The translations under genes and the position numbers were made by a program. Positions 1 through 6,982 of a DNA stretch of 9,336 nucleotides are shown here, one piece after another (the stretch's first letter is position 1; every line of letters begins with the position of its first letter). The DNA is from a virus (taxonomy: Duplodnaviria; Heunggongvirae; Uroviricota; Caudoviricetes): the IMG/VR virus record IMGVR_UViG_2734482772_000015, positions 1 to 9,336 of that record, one strand, 5' to 3'. The notes under the pieces are model-generated. The model saw nothing but the letters and a program-made list of their open reading frames with translations. It was not told the origin of the DNA and searched no databases.

Positions 1-537
1 TTACTCGTCCAGCAGAATCACTTTGCCAATATACGGCAGATGACGGTAACGCTGTGCGTAATCAATGCCGTAACCCACCACAAACTCATCCGGGATCGAG
101 AAACCGATAAATTCTACCGGGACGTTCACTTCACGACGGGACGGTTTATCCAGCAGCGTACAAATCGCCAGCGACTTCGGTTCGCGCAGGCTTAAGATCT
201 CACGCACTTTCGACAGTGTATTCCCCGAGTCGATGATATCTTCAACAATCAGCACGTCCTTGCCACGGATATCTTCATCCAGATCTTTGAGGATTTTCAC
301 ATCACGGGTGGTGGACATGCCGCTACCGTAGCTGGAGGCGGTCATAAAGTCGACTTCATGAGATACCTGAACTTCACGGCACAGGTCCGCCATAAACATA
401 AATGAGCCACGCAGCAGACCCACCAGCACCATATCGCTGCCGCTGTCTTTGTAACGCTCAGTAATCTGACGACCCAGTTCGGCGATACGCGCTTTAATCT
501 CCGCTTCGGGGATCATTACTTCTACAATATGTTTCAT
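1..537 (-). CDS. hpt: hypoxanthine phosphoribosyltransferase
   Basis: 178-aa ORF with ATG at 535-537 and TAA at 1-3. The translation matches enterobacterial Hpt as I remember it almost residue for residue, including the PRPP-binding loop [14 protein letters not shown]. Confidence 0.95.
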   Translation of the reverse strand: MKHIVEVMIPEAEIKARIAELGRQITERYKDSGSDMVLVGLLRGSFMFMADLCREVQVSHEVDFMTASSYGSGMSTTRDVKILKDLDEDIRGKDVLIVEDIIDSGNTLSKVREILSLREPKSLAICTLLDKPSRREVNVPVEFIGFSIPDEFVVGYGIDYAQRYRHLPYIGKVILLDE

Positions 538-551
538 AAACTTTATATCCC

Positions 552-567
552 ACTGATTTTAATCAGT
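552..567. promoter_or_regulatory. perfect 7-bp inverted repeat ACTGATT-tt-AATCAGT in the hpt leader/promoter region
   Basis: Read directly from the sequence, 16-31 nt upstream of the hpt ATG. Function unknown; possibly a native operator or leader hairpin. Confidence 0.3.
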
Positions 568-790
568 TAAATTAACAAACACGCCATGCATTTTAGCTAA
601 AAGTGATACACCGAGTGATATACGGATTATTGCACAAAGCCGAAAATATGCGAAAGCATGAGCACGGTAGAAAGGCGGCGAGTATAACAGTATTAAAAAG
701 CAAATTATGAATCTCTTATTGTATGAGACATCTATCCCACAATAACCCATTATCAGCATCCCCACGCATCATGCCCACCAGCGTGAAGCA

Positions 791-876
791 TTTTTCGCGG
801 GTATAAAAAATCGATGGAGCGGGCAGTCCGGAAGACGTCAGGGTACAGAGATTTGACCCGCCCCTCCCTGTGCATG
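791..876. repeat. degenerate ~85-bp repeat, copy X1
   Basis: About 70% identical by eye to 1085-1165. Shared blocks: TTTC(g/a)CGGG, TAAAAAaTCGA, GGCGGGCA(g/c)TCC, GATTT, CCCCTCC, TG(c/a)ATG. Confidence 0.45.
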
Positions 877-890
877 AGCACAATAAGTAA

Positions 891-914
891 CCGAAGGCGG
901 AATTCCGCCCTCGG
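891..914 (-). terminator. GC-rich hairpin centred on GAATTC; possible minus-strand intrinsic terminator
   Basis: As minus-strand RNA, CCGAGGGCGG-AAUU-CCGCCUUCGG forms a 10-bp stem with one G-U pair and is followed by UUACUUAUU. The plus-strand version has an A-C mismatch, so the structure favours the minus strand. Confidence 0.35.
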
Positions 915-942
915 TACTCACATATGAGAAACGATATTTCTT

Positions 943-1060
943 CCACCGATACCCTTTATTTGGGTATCGCGAGTAAGCCCCAAAATCTGGGTGTTACTCT
1001 TACTACCCAAACTACGGGTAGTTTCCGTAGTTTCATAGTCGAGTTGCAGATCTGCAACTC
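943..1060. repeat. 118-bp direct repeat, copy A (three internal hairpins)
   Basis: Near-identical to 1379-1496 with about 5 mismatches. Contains hairpins GATACCC-tttattt-GGGTATC, AAACTACGG-gtagttt-CCGTAGTTT, and the perfect 20-bp palindrome GAGTTGCAGATCTGCAACTC. Confidence 0.8.
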
Positions 1061-1084
1061 GCTATCAGTCAGGGAAATTTTGTA

Positions 1085-1165
1085 ATTTCACGGGGGTAAA
1101 AATTCGAAGAGGCGGGCACTCCAAGAGATAAGAGACGGTAGGGATTTTGCTCCCCCTCCTGAATG
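1085..1165. repeat. degenerate ~85-bp repeat, copy X2
   Basis: Diverged copy of 791-876 (see there). Confidence 0.45.
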
Positions 1166-1175
1166 CAATTTTTCG

Positions 1176-1350
1176 TATATATATATACAAAACAGTGCGG
1201 GTTATGCGGGTTAGCGGGTTATCTTTGCGTGCTAAGTATTTTTTATTCTTTAATATCAATGCGTTGAAAAATGACACGTTCAAATGTTAGCCAAATCGTA
1301 ACCCGCAAGCCATTCAAAATAACCCGCAACCACCCCCAAATAACCCGCAA
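1176..1350. other. iteron-flanked AT-rich segment: candidate replication origin (alternative: recombinase arm-type binding sites)
   Basis: (TA)6 at 1179-1190. Three tandem 9-bp units GCGGGTTAT / GCGGGTTAG / CGGGTTAT at 1197-1222. A 76-bp AT-rich spacer at 1223-1298. Three inverted copies of ATAACCCGCAA at 1299, 1320 and 1341, spaced exactly 21 bp apart. Confidence 0.5.
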
Positions 1351-1378
1351 ACACATCAGGAAAATGGGGCCAGTGACG

Positions 1379-1496
1379 CCACCGATACCCTATATTTGGG
1401 TATCGCAAGTAAGCCCCAAAATCTGGGTGTTACTCTTACTACCCAAACTACGGGTAGTTTCCGTAGTTTCATGGTCGAGTTGCAAATCTGCAACTC
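1379..1496. repeat. 118-bp direct repeat, copy B
   Basis: Direct repeat of 943-1060. The terminal palindrome is imperfect here (GAGTTGCAAATCTGCAACTC), so the central GATC is lost. Confidence 0.8.
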
Positions 1497-1786
1497 ACCC
1501 ACCAGCCAACCCATTTTGGGGCTGTCGGAAATATCAACCAGTTACTGACAATGCTCTGGGCGTTCTGTCTAGCTGGTGGCTGTGGCTGGACGCTAATTTT
1601 TGCGTACCACTTTTGCGCACTTTTTCAGGGTCGGATTTCAGATCCCCACCATTCTGGGAGCAGTTGCAGGGGCCGAATAAATCAATAGCCGTGCTGGTAA
1701 CGTTTTGCATGACAAGTTTTGACAGTTTTTTATCTTCCGGCCTCCTCAAAATTGAGGATTGAAGAAAAGTCAATGGGTTAGGTCAT

Positions 1787-1827
1787 CGTGCAAATTTGCA
1801 CTATGCCAGCCAACGCAATTTTGCGTT
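1787..1827. promoter_or_regulatory. two related palindromes (operator-like)
   Basis: GTGCAAATTTGCAC at 1787-1800 and AACGCAATTTTGCGTT at 1812-1827 share the core GCAA(A/T)TTTGC and lie just downstream of the 96-aa ORF on the minus strand. Confidence 0.3.
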
Positions 1828-1845
1828 ATCGGGAATATCAGCAAG

Positions 1846-2136
1846 TTACCGCCGCAGTCGTTCCGGCTTCTTCCACTGGTAAGTATTTTTCGCGCTCTCC
1901 CTCCGTTGTTGAGAACGGCGACGGTATGCCAGCAACTCAAGGACTCTGGTTCGTATGTTGCGCATATCCACGCCGTTAAGCTCAATACCGTCACGGCGCA
2001 TCACCTCAGCCACCACACGCGCGTAATTTTCGGCTATCACGCTGTCCGGCTGTGTAGCCTGTTCGTCAGGCTGCTGACTGATTCCGGTAATGCGGCGAAT
2101 TATTTTTAGTAGATCAGTTTCAGTCATTCTCGTCAT
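1846..2136 (-). CDS. hypothetical 96-aa protein, translationally coupled to terL
   Basis: ATG at 2134-2136 overlaps the terL stop codon (ATGA). Charged, helical-looking composition, unlike the Cys/His-rich antisense ORF. No family recognised. Confidence 0.5.
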   Translation of the reverse strand: MTRMTETDLLKIIRRITGISQQPDEQATQPDSVIAENYARVVAEVMRRDGIELNGVDMRNIRTRVLELLAYRRRSQQRRESAKNTYQWKKPERLRR

Positions 2137-3794
2137 ACCCCATCAAACGCCGCAAGTCGCTTTTTGTGGCTGTCGCTCATATCAAATGCAAATTCCTCAT
2201 GCTCTGCCTGGAATGTGCCAAACGCCATCAGCGCCGCAACGCTCGGGTCTATCTTGTTGGATGATTTTTTCTTGTTCGGCTTGATATTGGCGTTCGCGTC
2301 ACTCTGCATCACAACATTACTCATTGACCAGGCCAGCACCGGATCACCACGATGCACAATCACCTTCCGGTTAACAAAAACTTCGAACGATTTCGCCGCC
2401 GGACTGAAACGAAGGTATGTTTGCGGGAACGGCTCCACTTCTAATCCTGCCCCCTGTAGCTGCGTCCTCAGGTGCGTGGCGTTCCATGTATCGAAGCCCA
2501 CCAGCCTGATATTGAAATTCTCTGCATCCGCCATGATGTCATCACGGATACGGTCATAATCAATGCAGTCACCCGGTGTTGTGCGTATCCAGCCCGCCTT
2601 TACCCACTGGCGATAGATGGCGCGGTTTTTATTGGCGGGGTTCTGTAGCTGAAATTCCGGCAGATAGTGACGGGAAACCAGCATAATCTTTTTACCGACC
2701 GGAAAGGCATAGCACACGCTGGAAATATCGCTGGTTGATGATAAGTCCAGCCCCGCGTAGCACTCCTGCCCGTATAAATCCGCCTCCGCGAACGTTCCGG
2801 CGCACTCCGTCCATGCACCGTTACCCATCCACGGCGTAGCCCCCTGACACCAGATATTGAATCGCTTGGTGAGCATTTCCACCCACTGCGACGGAATACC
2901 CCGCGCTTTCTGGATGGTTGAGGCCAGTTTTTCACGATCGACGGAAACATCGATATTTGGATTCGCCTTTATCCACATCGCCGGATCGTCAACCTCGCTT
3001 TCATCATCCAGCTCGTAAATCAGAACGAACATGGATTCGTTCATCTCTTCACCATCCAGTATCTGACAGCAATAGTCATAGTGTTGTTTACAGGCTGAAA
3101 CAACGTTGCTCCCCGATGTGGTAATGGCAAATAACAGCCCCTCCGGACGCGCCCCCATCCCCAGCTCAAGTGCGGAATAAACCCCGTTGTCTGGGTGCAG
3201 GTGATATTCATCCACAATGGCAAGACTCGGGTTTGTCCCCTCAATGGTTGCCGCTTTTGCTGCCAGTGGCTTTAACAGGCTGTTGGTTTTCGGGTGTATC
3301 ACCTTGTGCGCCTGAATATTTACCCGCTTTCGTAACGGTCGGGATAAAAGGCACATCTGACGCGCATCATCAAACACGATCCGCGCCTGATCACGACTCA
3401 CGGCGGCGGTGTAAATATCCTGCTGCCCGTTTTCCATAACCAGAAACCAGTTAGCCAGGATAGCGGCGACCGTGGATTTGGCATTTTTTCGCGGTACTTC
3501 AATGAATGCGCTGGTGTATTTGCGCCGTCCGGTGGCCTTAACCTTAAAGCCCAGGATGCACGCAAAGGCGAACTGCTGCCACGGCTCCAGCTCAATGGGG
3601 CTACCACGCATTGCGCCTTTTACGTGCGGACACACCCTGGAAAAGGCAATAAACCGCTCAACGACCTCCGGATCGAACGTGTAAAGGGGGTTTTCAAGGT
3701 CAGAAAAATACCGTTTAACGGCCTGTTTCAGTCGTTTACAGGCCGTAATTTTGCCGTTTTTTACGCCTTCTGCGTACTCATGCCAGGCAGTCAA
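2133..3794 (-). CDS. phage terminase large subunit
   Basis: 553 aa with the overall layout of a phage terminase large subunit, including an N-terminal ATPase region with a Walker-A-like PRKNAKST. The start codon is TTG at 3792-3794, preceded by the SD-like GAGGAAGAGGA. No in-frame ATG occurs until about residue 62. Confidence 0.88.
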   Translation of the reverse strand: MTAWHEYAEGVKNGKITACKRLKQAVKRYFSDLENPLYTFDPEVVERFIAFSRVCPHVKGAMRGSPIELEPWQQFAFACILGFKVKATGRRKYTSAFIEVPRKNAKSTVAAILANWFLVMENGQQDIYTAAVSRDQARIVFDDARQMCLLSRPLRKRVNIQAHKVIHPKTNSLLKPLAAKAATIEGTNPSLAIVDEYHLHPDNGVYSALELGMGARPEGLLFAITTSGSNVVSACKQHYDYCCQILDGEEMNESMFVLIYELDDESEVDDPAMWIKANPNIDVSVDREKLASTIQKARGIPSQWVEMLTKRFNIWCQGATPWMGNGAWTECAGTFAEADLYGQECYAGLDLSSTSDISSVCYAFPVGKKIMLVSRHYLPEFQLQNPANKNRAIYRQWVKAGWIRTTPGDCIDYDRIRDDIMADAENFNIRLVGFDTWNATHLRTQLQGAGLEVEPFPQTYLRFSPAAKSFEVFVNRKVIVHRGDPVLAWSMSNVVMQSDANANIKPNKKKSSNKIDPSVAALMAFGTFQAEHEEFAFDMSDSHKKRLAAFDGV

Positions 3795-4134
3795 GCTCGT
3801 CCTCTTCCTCTGTTTCCGGTGGATTTCTGCGGCGGCTTACCGGGTCAAAACCCAGCAAAGAAGCCATTTTGATCATTATTCTTTCTGCGTCAGCCTTTGC
3901 GCTCAGGGCGGGGTTTCTGCTCTCGCTGCCCTGACTGTTAACAATGCTGAACCCGCGCGTCGCAAGGTCTTCGACGGCTTTGCGGTATATGGAGTAGTTA
4001 ACGCAATACAGTTCCAGATTGCTCCAGTCGGCGGGGGTAAGGTCTTCCCGCCCGGAAAGCTGGCGCGATTTTTCCTTCCACTGCCTGACCGCGATTTCAT
4101 CCAGGTAAGCGGGGGCTTTTGGTGGTCTTGCCAT
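3778..4134 (-). CDS. phage terminase small subunit (P27-like)
   Basis: 119 aa from the ATG at 4132-4134, beginning MARPPKAPAYLDE, which is typical of P27-family small terminases. Acidic C-terminal tail. Its 3' end overlaps the terL start by 17 nt. The longer 165-aa reading was rejected. Confidence 0.75.
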   Translation of the reverse strand: MARPPKAPAYLDEIAVRQWKEKSRQLSGREDLTPADWSNLELYCVNYSIYRKAVEDLATRGFSIVNSQGSESRNPALSAKADAERIMIKMASLLGFDPVSRRRNPPETEEEDELDCLA

Positions 4135-4149
4135 GTTCTTTTTTCGCCC

Positions 4150-4260
4150 AATTATTTTCAAAAAAATTACCGTGCACAAAAATTTGAGGGGGCGGTCGGT
4201 GTCCGGCAGGGACGGTTTCGTCCTGAAAACCACCCCCACCCCCTCTGACGGCCTCACCAG
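4150..4260. other. candidate cos / packaging-initiation region in the HNH-TerS gap
   Basis: The 285-bp non-coding gap (4138-4422) holds an A-rich tract (4155-4185) and a GC-rich segment with inverted GAGGGGG (4186-4192) / CCCCCTC (4239-4245) flanking GGACG-gtt-tCGTCC. The position between HNH and TerS is where cos sites sit in HK97-like phages. Confidence 0.35.
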
Positions 4261-4422
4261 CGATTGCGAAAACATTCCATGACCTCGCGGTCACGGTCGG
4301 TTAATCGCTTCGCTGTGGTGCGTTTTGTGCGCCCTGTCCTGTTGGCTTTGTGCTCTGTCTCCTGTGTCTTCCATGTGTCACGCTGCCTTATCAGTCCACG
4401 TATCAGCCTGGTTTGCTCCTGT

Positions 4423-4863
4423 TCAGTCATCATCGCCATACATCCAGTCGTTACGGTGTGCCGCCCGTTCTTCCTGCTCGCGATACATGCCCGCTTTACG
4501 GTTTGCTTTCGTGGCTGGATCTTCCCGTGTCGTCTTACGGTTGTGGCACGTCTGGCACAATGCCTGGTGATTCCACTCAGGCCAGAAGAGAACATCACCG
4601 CCGCCATTGATGGGAATGATGTGATCCACCACAAGAGCTGGCGTATAAATCCCCTTAGCCAGACAACGCACGCATAACGGGTTTTTGCTCAGGTACAGGG
4701 CGCGGTATTTGTCCCACTGTCGGGAATACCCGCGCGCGCGGCGGTGTCCCCGTCTGGCATCCTCTGCACGCCATGCAGCCCGCCTGTGCTCTTCACACTT
4801 GCCGGACTTCACGCGCTTATTACAGCCAGGCTCAGTGCATCGCCTTAATGGTTGCCACGGCAT
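4423..4863 (-). CDS. HNH endonuclease (terminase-associated)
   Basis: 146 aa with paired Cys pairs (CTEPGC...C and CVRC), VDHIIP, and N...LC..CHNRKT, i.e. an HNH motif. Its start overlaps the connector stop (TGATG). Confidence 0.85.
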   Translation of the reverse strand: MPWQPLRRCTEPGCNKRVKSGKCEEHRRAAWRAEDARRGHRRARGYSRQWDKYRALYLSKNPLCVRCLAKGIYTPALVVDHIIPINGGGDVLFWPEWNHQALCQTCHNRKTTREDPATKANRKAGMYREQEERAAHRNDWMYGDDD

Positions 4864-5165
4864 CAGTACACCCCCACATCACGATAAACCGACCAGAGCG
4901 CAGAAATAGCCATAGGCAGTTCCGAGTGCTCAACTGGTGAAACCGCTTCCCGGTTCTCGTACAGAAAAGCGATGTACATCAGGCAACCAACACGTATTGC
5001 CGGGGTAAATTCCAGGCCGTCTTCAAAACGTTTCCCGATATGCTTCTGGCAGGCTTCCAGCGCCGCATCGGTATATATTTGCAGAAGTTCAACCTCACCA
5101 TAAAAATCATCATCAAGGCGAAGATGGGCCATTACTTCATTAAGCGTAATTCTGGATTCACTCAT
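4863..5165 (-). CDS. head-tail connector / DNA-packaging protein (gp6-like)
   Basis: 100 aa from the ATG at 5163-5165, with the SD AAGGTGA upstream. The N-terminus MSESRITLNEVMAHLRLDDD resembles gp6-type head-tail connectors. Its start overlaps the portal 3' end. Confidence 0.65.
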   Translation of the reverse strand: MSESRITLNEVMAHLRLDDDFYGEVELLQIYTDAALEACQKHIGKRFEDGLEFTPAIRVGCLMYIAFLYENREAVSPVEHSELPMAISALWSVYRDVGVY

Positions 5166-6372
5166 CTTTTTCACCTTTAATTTCCACAGTCTGCTTCCAT
5201 GCCTGGCTGAACTCGTCACCCCCTTCACGCGGCGGCATACCCTCACGCTCACGGGCTTCGTTCGGATTCATGATCCCGTTCTTAATCCCTTTCTCATACG
5301 TGGCATAACGTTCGGTGGGTGTGGCGCGTAATAAATCGGCTGAATCAAACTCAACCAGATAACGGGTACCAGGTACGGGAGAAGCCACCAGCAAAGCGGC
5401 CTTGATTTGCTGTTCGAAGTTCGCCAGCCATGGGCGCATTGTCATGGTCAGAAACGCGCGGCTTGCCTCGCTGAAATTGCTGTAGGTGCTGTTGCTGTAT
5501 TCCTGCAGAAAAATAGGCGATACGTTGAACATGCGGGCGATGTCTTCAATGGAGAAGCGACGGGAGGCCAGCCATTCCGCATCCTGGTTACTCATTCCCA
5601 GTTGCTTGTAATCCATGCCCCCTTCAAGGATTGGCGTTTTTCCGGCATTTTTCGCCCCCTTGTAGCGTTCCAGAGCATCTAATGCCTGTTTACCTTTCAC
5701 GCCGTCCAGCCATTCGCCTGACGTGATAATCCCTGCCGCCATCATGCCATCTTTCATAATGCTGGCTCCGTGGCGCTGTTGAGCAAGGCCAAGCCCAAGC
5801 GCCTCACGGCAAATCGTGACAGGGGAACGCCCCAGAAAGCCATCATCCGAGGCATAGCGGAGATGCAGAACTTCTTCCTGTAAATACGTGCGCACCGTTC
5901 CTGTATAGGGTTCGGTGATGGTATAGCGGTATTTGTGTGCGCCTGTGCGTTCCGGTACAACACACCCCGGCGCATAAGGATGAAGTGATTTTGGCTGCCC
6001 GTCTTGCCCCCACTCAATAACCGCATAGGCGTTACCGTTCAGCAGGCAGTGACGCATCATTGTGCGTTTAAACTGGTAAGGTGTCTGGCACGAATTAGGC
6101 TGCTCATTCAGCAGAATATCTACCGGGTGACTGTCCAGCCATTCCCGCGCCTCCCTGCCCTTGTCATTACGTACCAGATACAGATAACACGGCATCGTGG
6201 CCACCGCCTCAGCGATGACAGAAACCGCGTTCATCACTGCAGGCAATGATTCAGCCGTCCCGGCAGAAACATATTCTCCGGATCCGGTATTCGGTACGCC
6301 GGACAGCGCCAGAAAATCATCAATGGACAGGTTACGCTGCTCGCTTTTTTTACGACTAAAAGGCCACCACAT
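5158..6372 (-). CDS. phage portal protein (HK97 family)
   Basis: About 404 aa from the ATG at 6370-6372, which lies 1 nt after the protease stop. Size and position fit a portal. The track's longer start at 6462 is a TTG and was not preferred. Confidence 0.88.
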   Translation of the reverse strand: MWWPFSRKKSEQRNLSIDDFLALSGVPNTGSGEYVSAGTAESLPAVMNAVSVIAEAVATMPCYLYLVRNDKGREAREWLDSHPVDILLNEQPNSCQTPYQFKRTMMRHCLLNGNAYAVIEWGQDGQPKSLHPYAPGCVVPERTGAHKYRYTITEPYTGTVRTYLQEEVLHLRYASDDGFLGRSPVTICREALGLGLAQQRHGASIMKDGMMAAGIITSGEWLDGVKGKQALDALERYKGAKNAGKTPILEGGMDYKQLGMSNQDAEWLASRRFSIEDIARMFNVSPIFLQEYSNSTYSNFSEASRAFLTMTMRPWLANFEQQIKAALLVASPVPGTRYLVEFDSADLLRATPTERYATYEKGIKNGIMNPNEAREREGMPPREGGDEFSQAWKQTVEIKGEKDE

Positions 6373-6373
6373 A

Positions 6374-6934
6374 TCACAACCCCGCCAGCTCAGACCAGCG
6401 ATGACGATTATTTCCTGTCGGGCATAATTCAGGGTGCTGTGCAAACAACGAACGGTGGGCAATCTCCACGCCAGATTCTGGATAAGCAGGCATCGACGTT
6501 ATTGTGATTTCACGGAGTTCAGCGGCGGTTACGGTACGCAAATACGGTTTTTGCGCGATACTCCACTCCTCGCATAATGCGCGAAAACCAAAGCTCATTC
6601 CTGTAATGTCGCCACGCTCCACCAGCGTAAGCACATCTTTTCCAAGCTGGGTATCCGGCGGTGTCAGTTCAAAACGTAACCCGGTGTTATCCTCAGTCAG
6701 TACCAGAGTGCCGGATTTGGTGCGCCCCAGCAGTTGGGTATAGTCATGCTCATACAGGCAGCGCACATCATTACCCGCCGCCAGATAGTCAGCAAAAGCC
6801 CCCGGCGTGAACTGTTCGCGGAATTCGTCCCAGATAATTTCTGAAAGGCTGTTCCAGCGAACGGCATACCCCACCAGCTTTTTATTGCTGGCGGTCAGTT
6901 CAGATGTGCGGATTTCAAAATCGGTGTTTTTCAT
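6374..6934 (-). CDS. prohead maturation protease (HK97 family)
   Basis: 186 aa with ATG at 6932-6934 and SD GGGGA. Size and its position between the capsid and portal genes fit a prohead protease. Confidence 0.8.
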   Translation of the reverse strand: MKNTDFEIRTSELTASNKKLVGYAVRWNSLSEIIWDEFREQFTPGAFADYLAAGNDVRCLYEHDYTQLLGRTKSGTLVLTEDNTGLRFELTPPDTQLGKDVLTLVERGDITGMSFGFRALCEEWSIAQKPYLRTVTAAELREITITSMPAYPESGVEIAHRSLFAQHPELCPTGNNRHRWSELAGL

Positions 6935-6953
6935 CGGTGTATCCCCTGAAGCT

Positions 6954-6977
6954 AAAAAAGGAGGCCGAAGCCTCCTT
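6954..6977 (-). terminator. intrinsic terminator / attenuator between the capsid and protease genes
   Basis: Minus-strand RNA reads AAGGAGGC-UUCG-GCCUCCUU followed by UUUUAG: an 8-bp stem with a C(UUCG)G tetraloop and a U-tract, lying between the capsid stop (6983-6985) and the protease start. Confidence 0.6.
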
Positions 6978-6982
6978 GCTCA

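Noticed and set aside
559-1283. Small minus-strand ORFs (559-765, 716-946, 1065-1283) upstream of hpt
   Set aside because: They lie in the hpt promoter and repeat region, have Cys-rich or odd compositions and no convincing start context.
1271-1773. Plus-strand 163-aa ORF and minus-strand 79-aa ORF across the repeat and iteron zone
   Set aside because: They run through the 118-bp repeat and iterons. The minus ORF starts with TTG and has no SD. The compositions look non-coding.
1759-2109. 116-aa plus-strand ORF overlapping the 96-aa minus-strand gene
   Set aside because: Cys/His-rich, low-complexity translation. The minus-strand frame has protein-like composition and ATGA coupling to terL.
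538-2130. Possible tRNA, tmRNA or CRISPR array as integration target or content
   Set aside because: No tRNA-like T-arm or acceptor motifs and no regularly spaced short repeats with unique spacers by eye. The repeats present are 118-bp and 85-bp units plus iterons, not a CRISPR architecture.
3778-4275. Long 165-aa version of the terminase small subunit starting at 4275
   Set aside because: The first 47 residues look non-protein-like, and the ATG at 4134 gives the MARPPKAP N-terminus typical of P27-family TerS.
4254-4439. Small basic ORF (about 60 aa, MAMMTEQEQ...) in the HNH-TerS gap on the minus strand
   Set aside because: Several rare AGG and ATA codons, only a weak ribosome-binding site, and a Thr/Arg-rich composition typical of translated non-coding DNA. 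The region is better explained as the candidate cos site. Not excluded, but not called.
5158-6462. Long 434-aa version of the portal starting at 6462
   Set aside because: That start is a TTG inside the protease gene. The ATG at 6372, 1 nt after the protease stop, fits operon coupling better.
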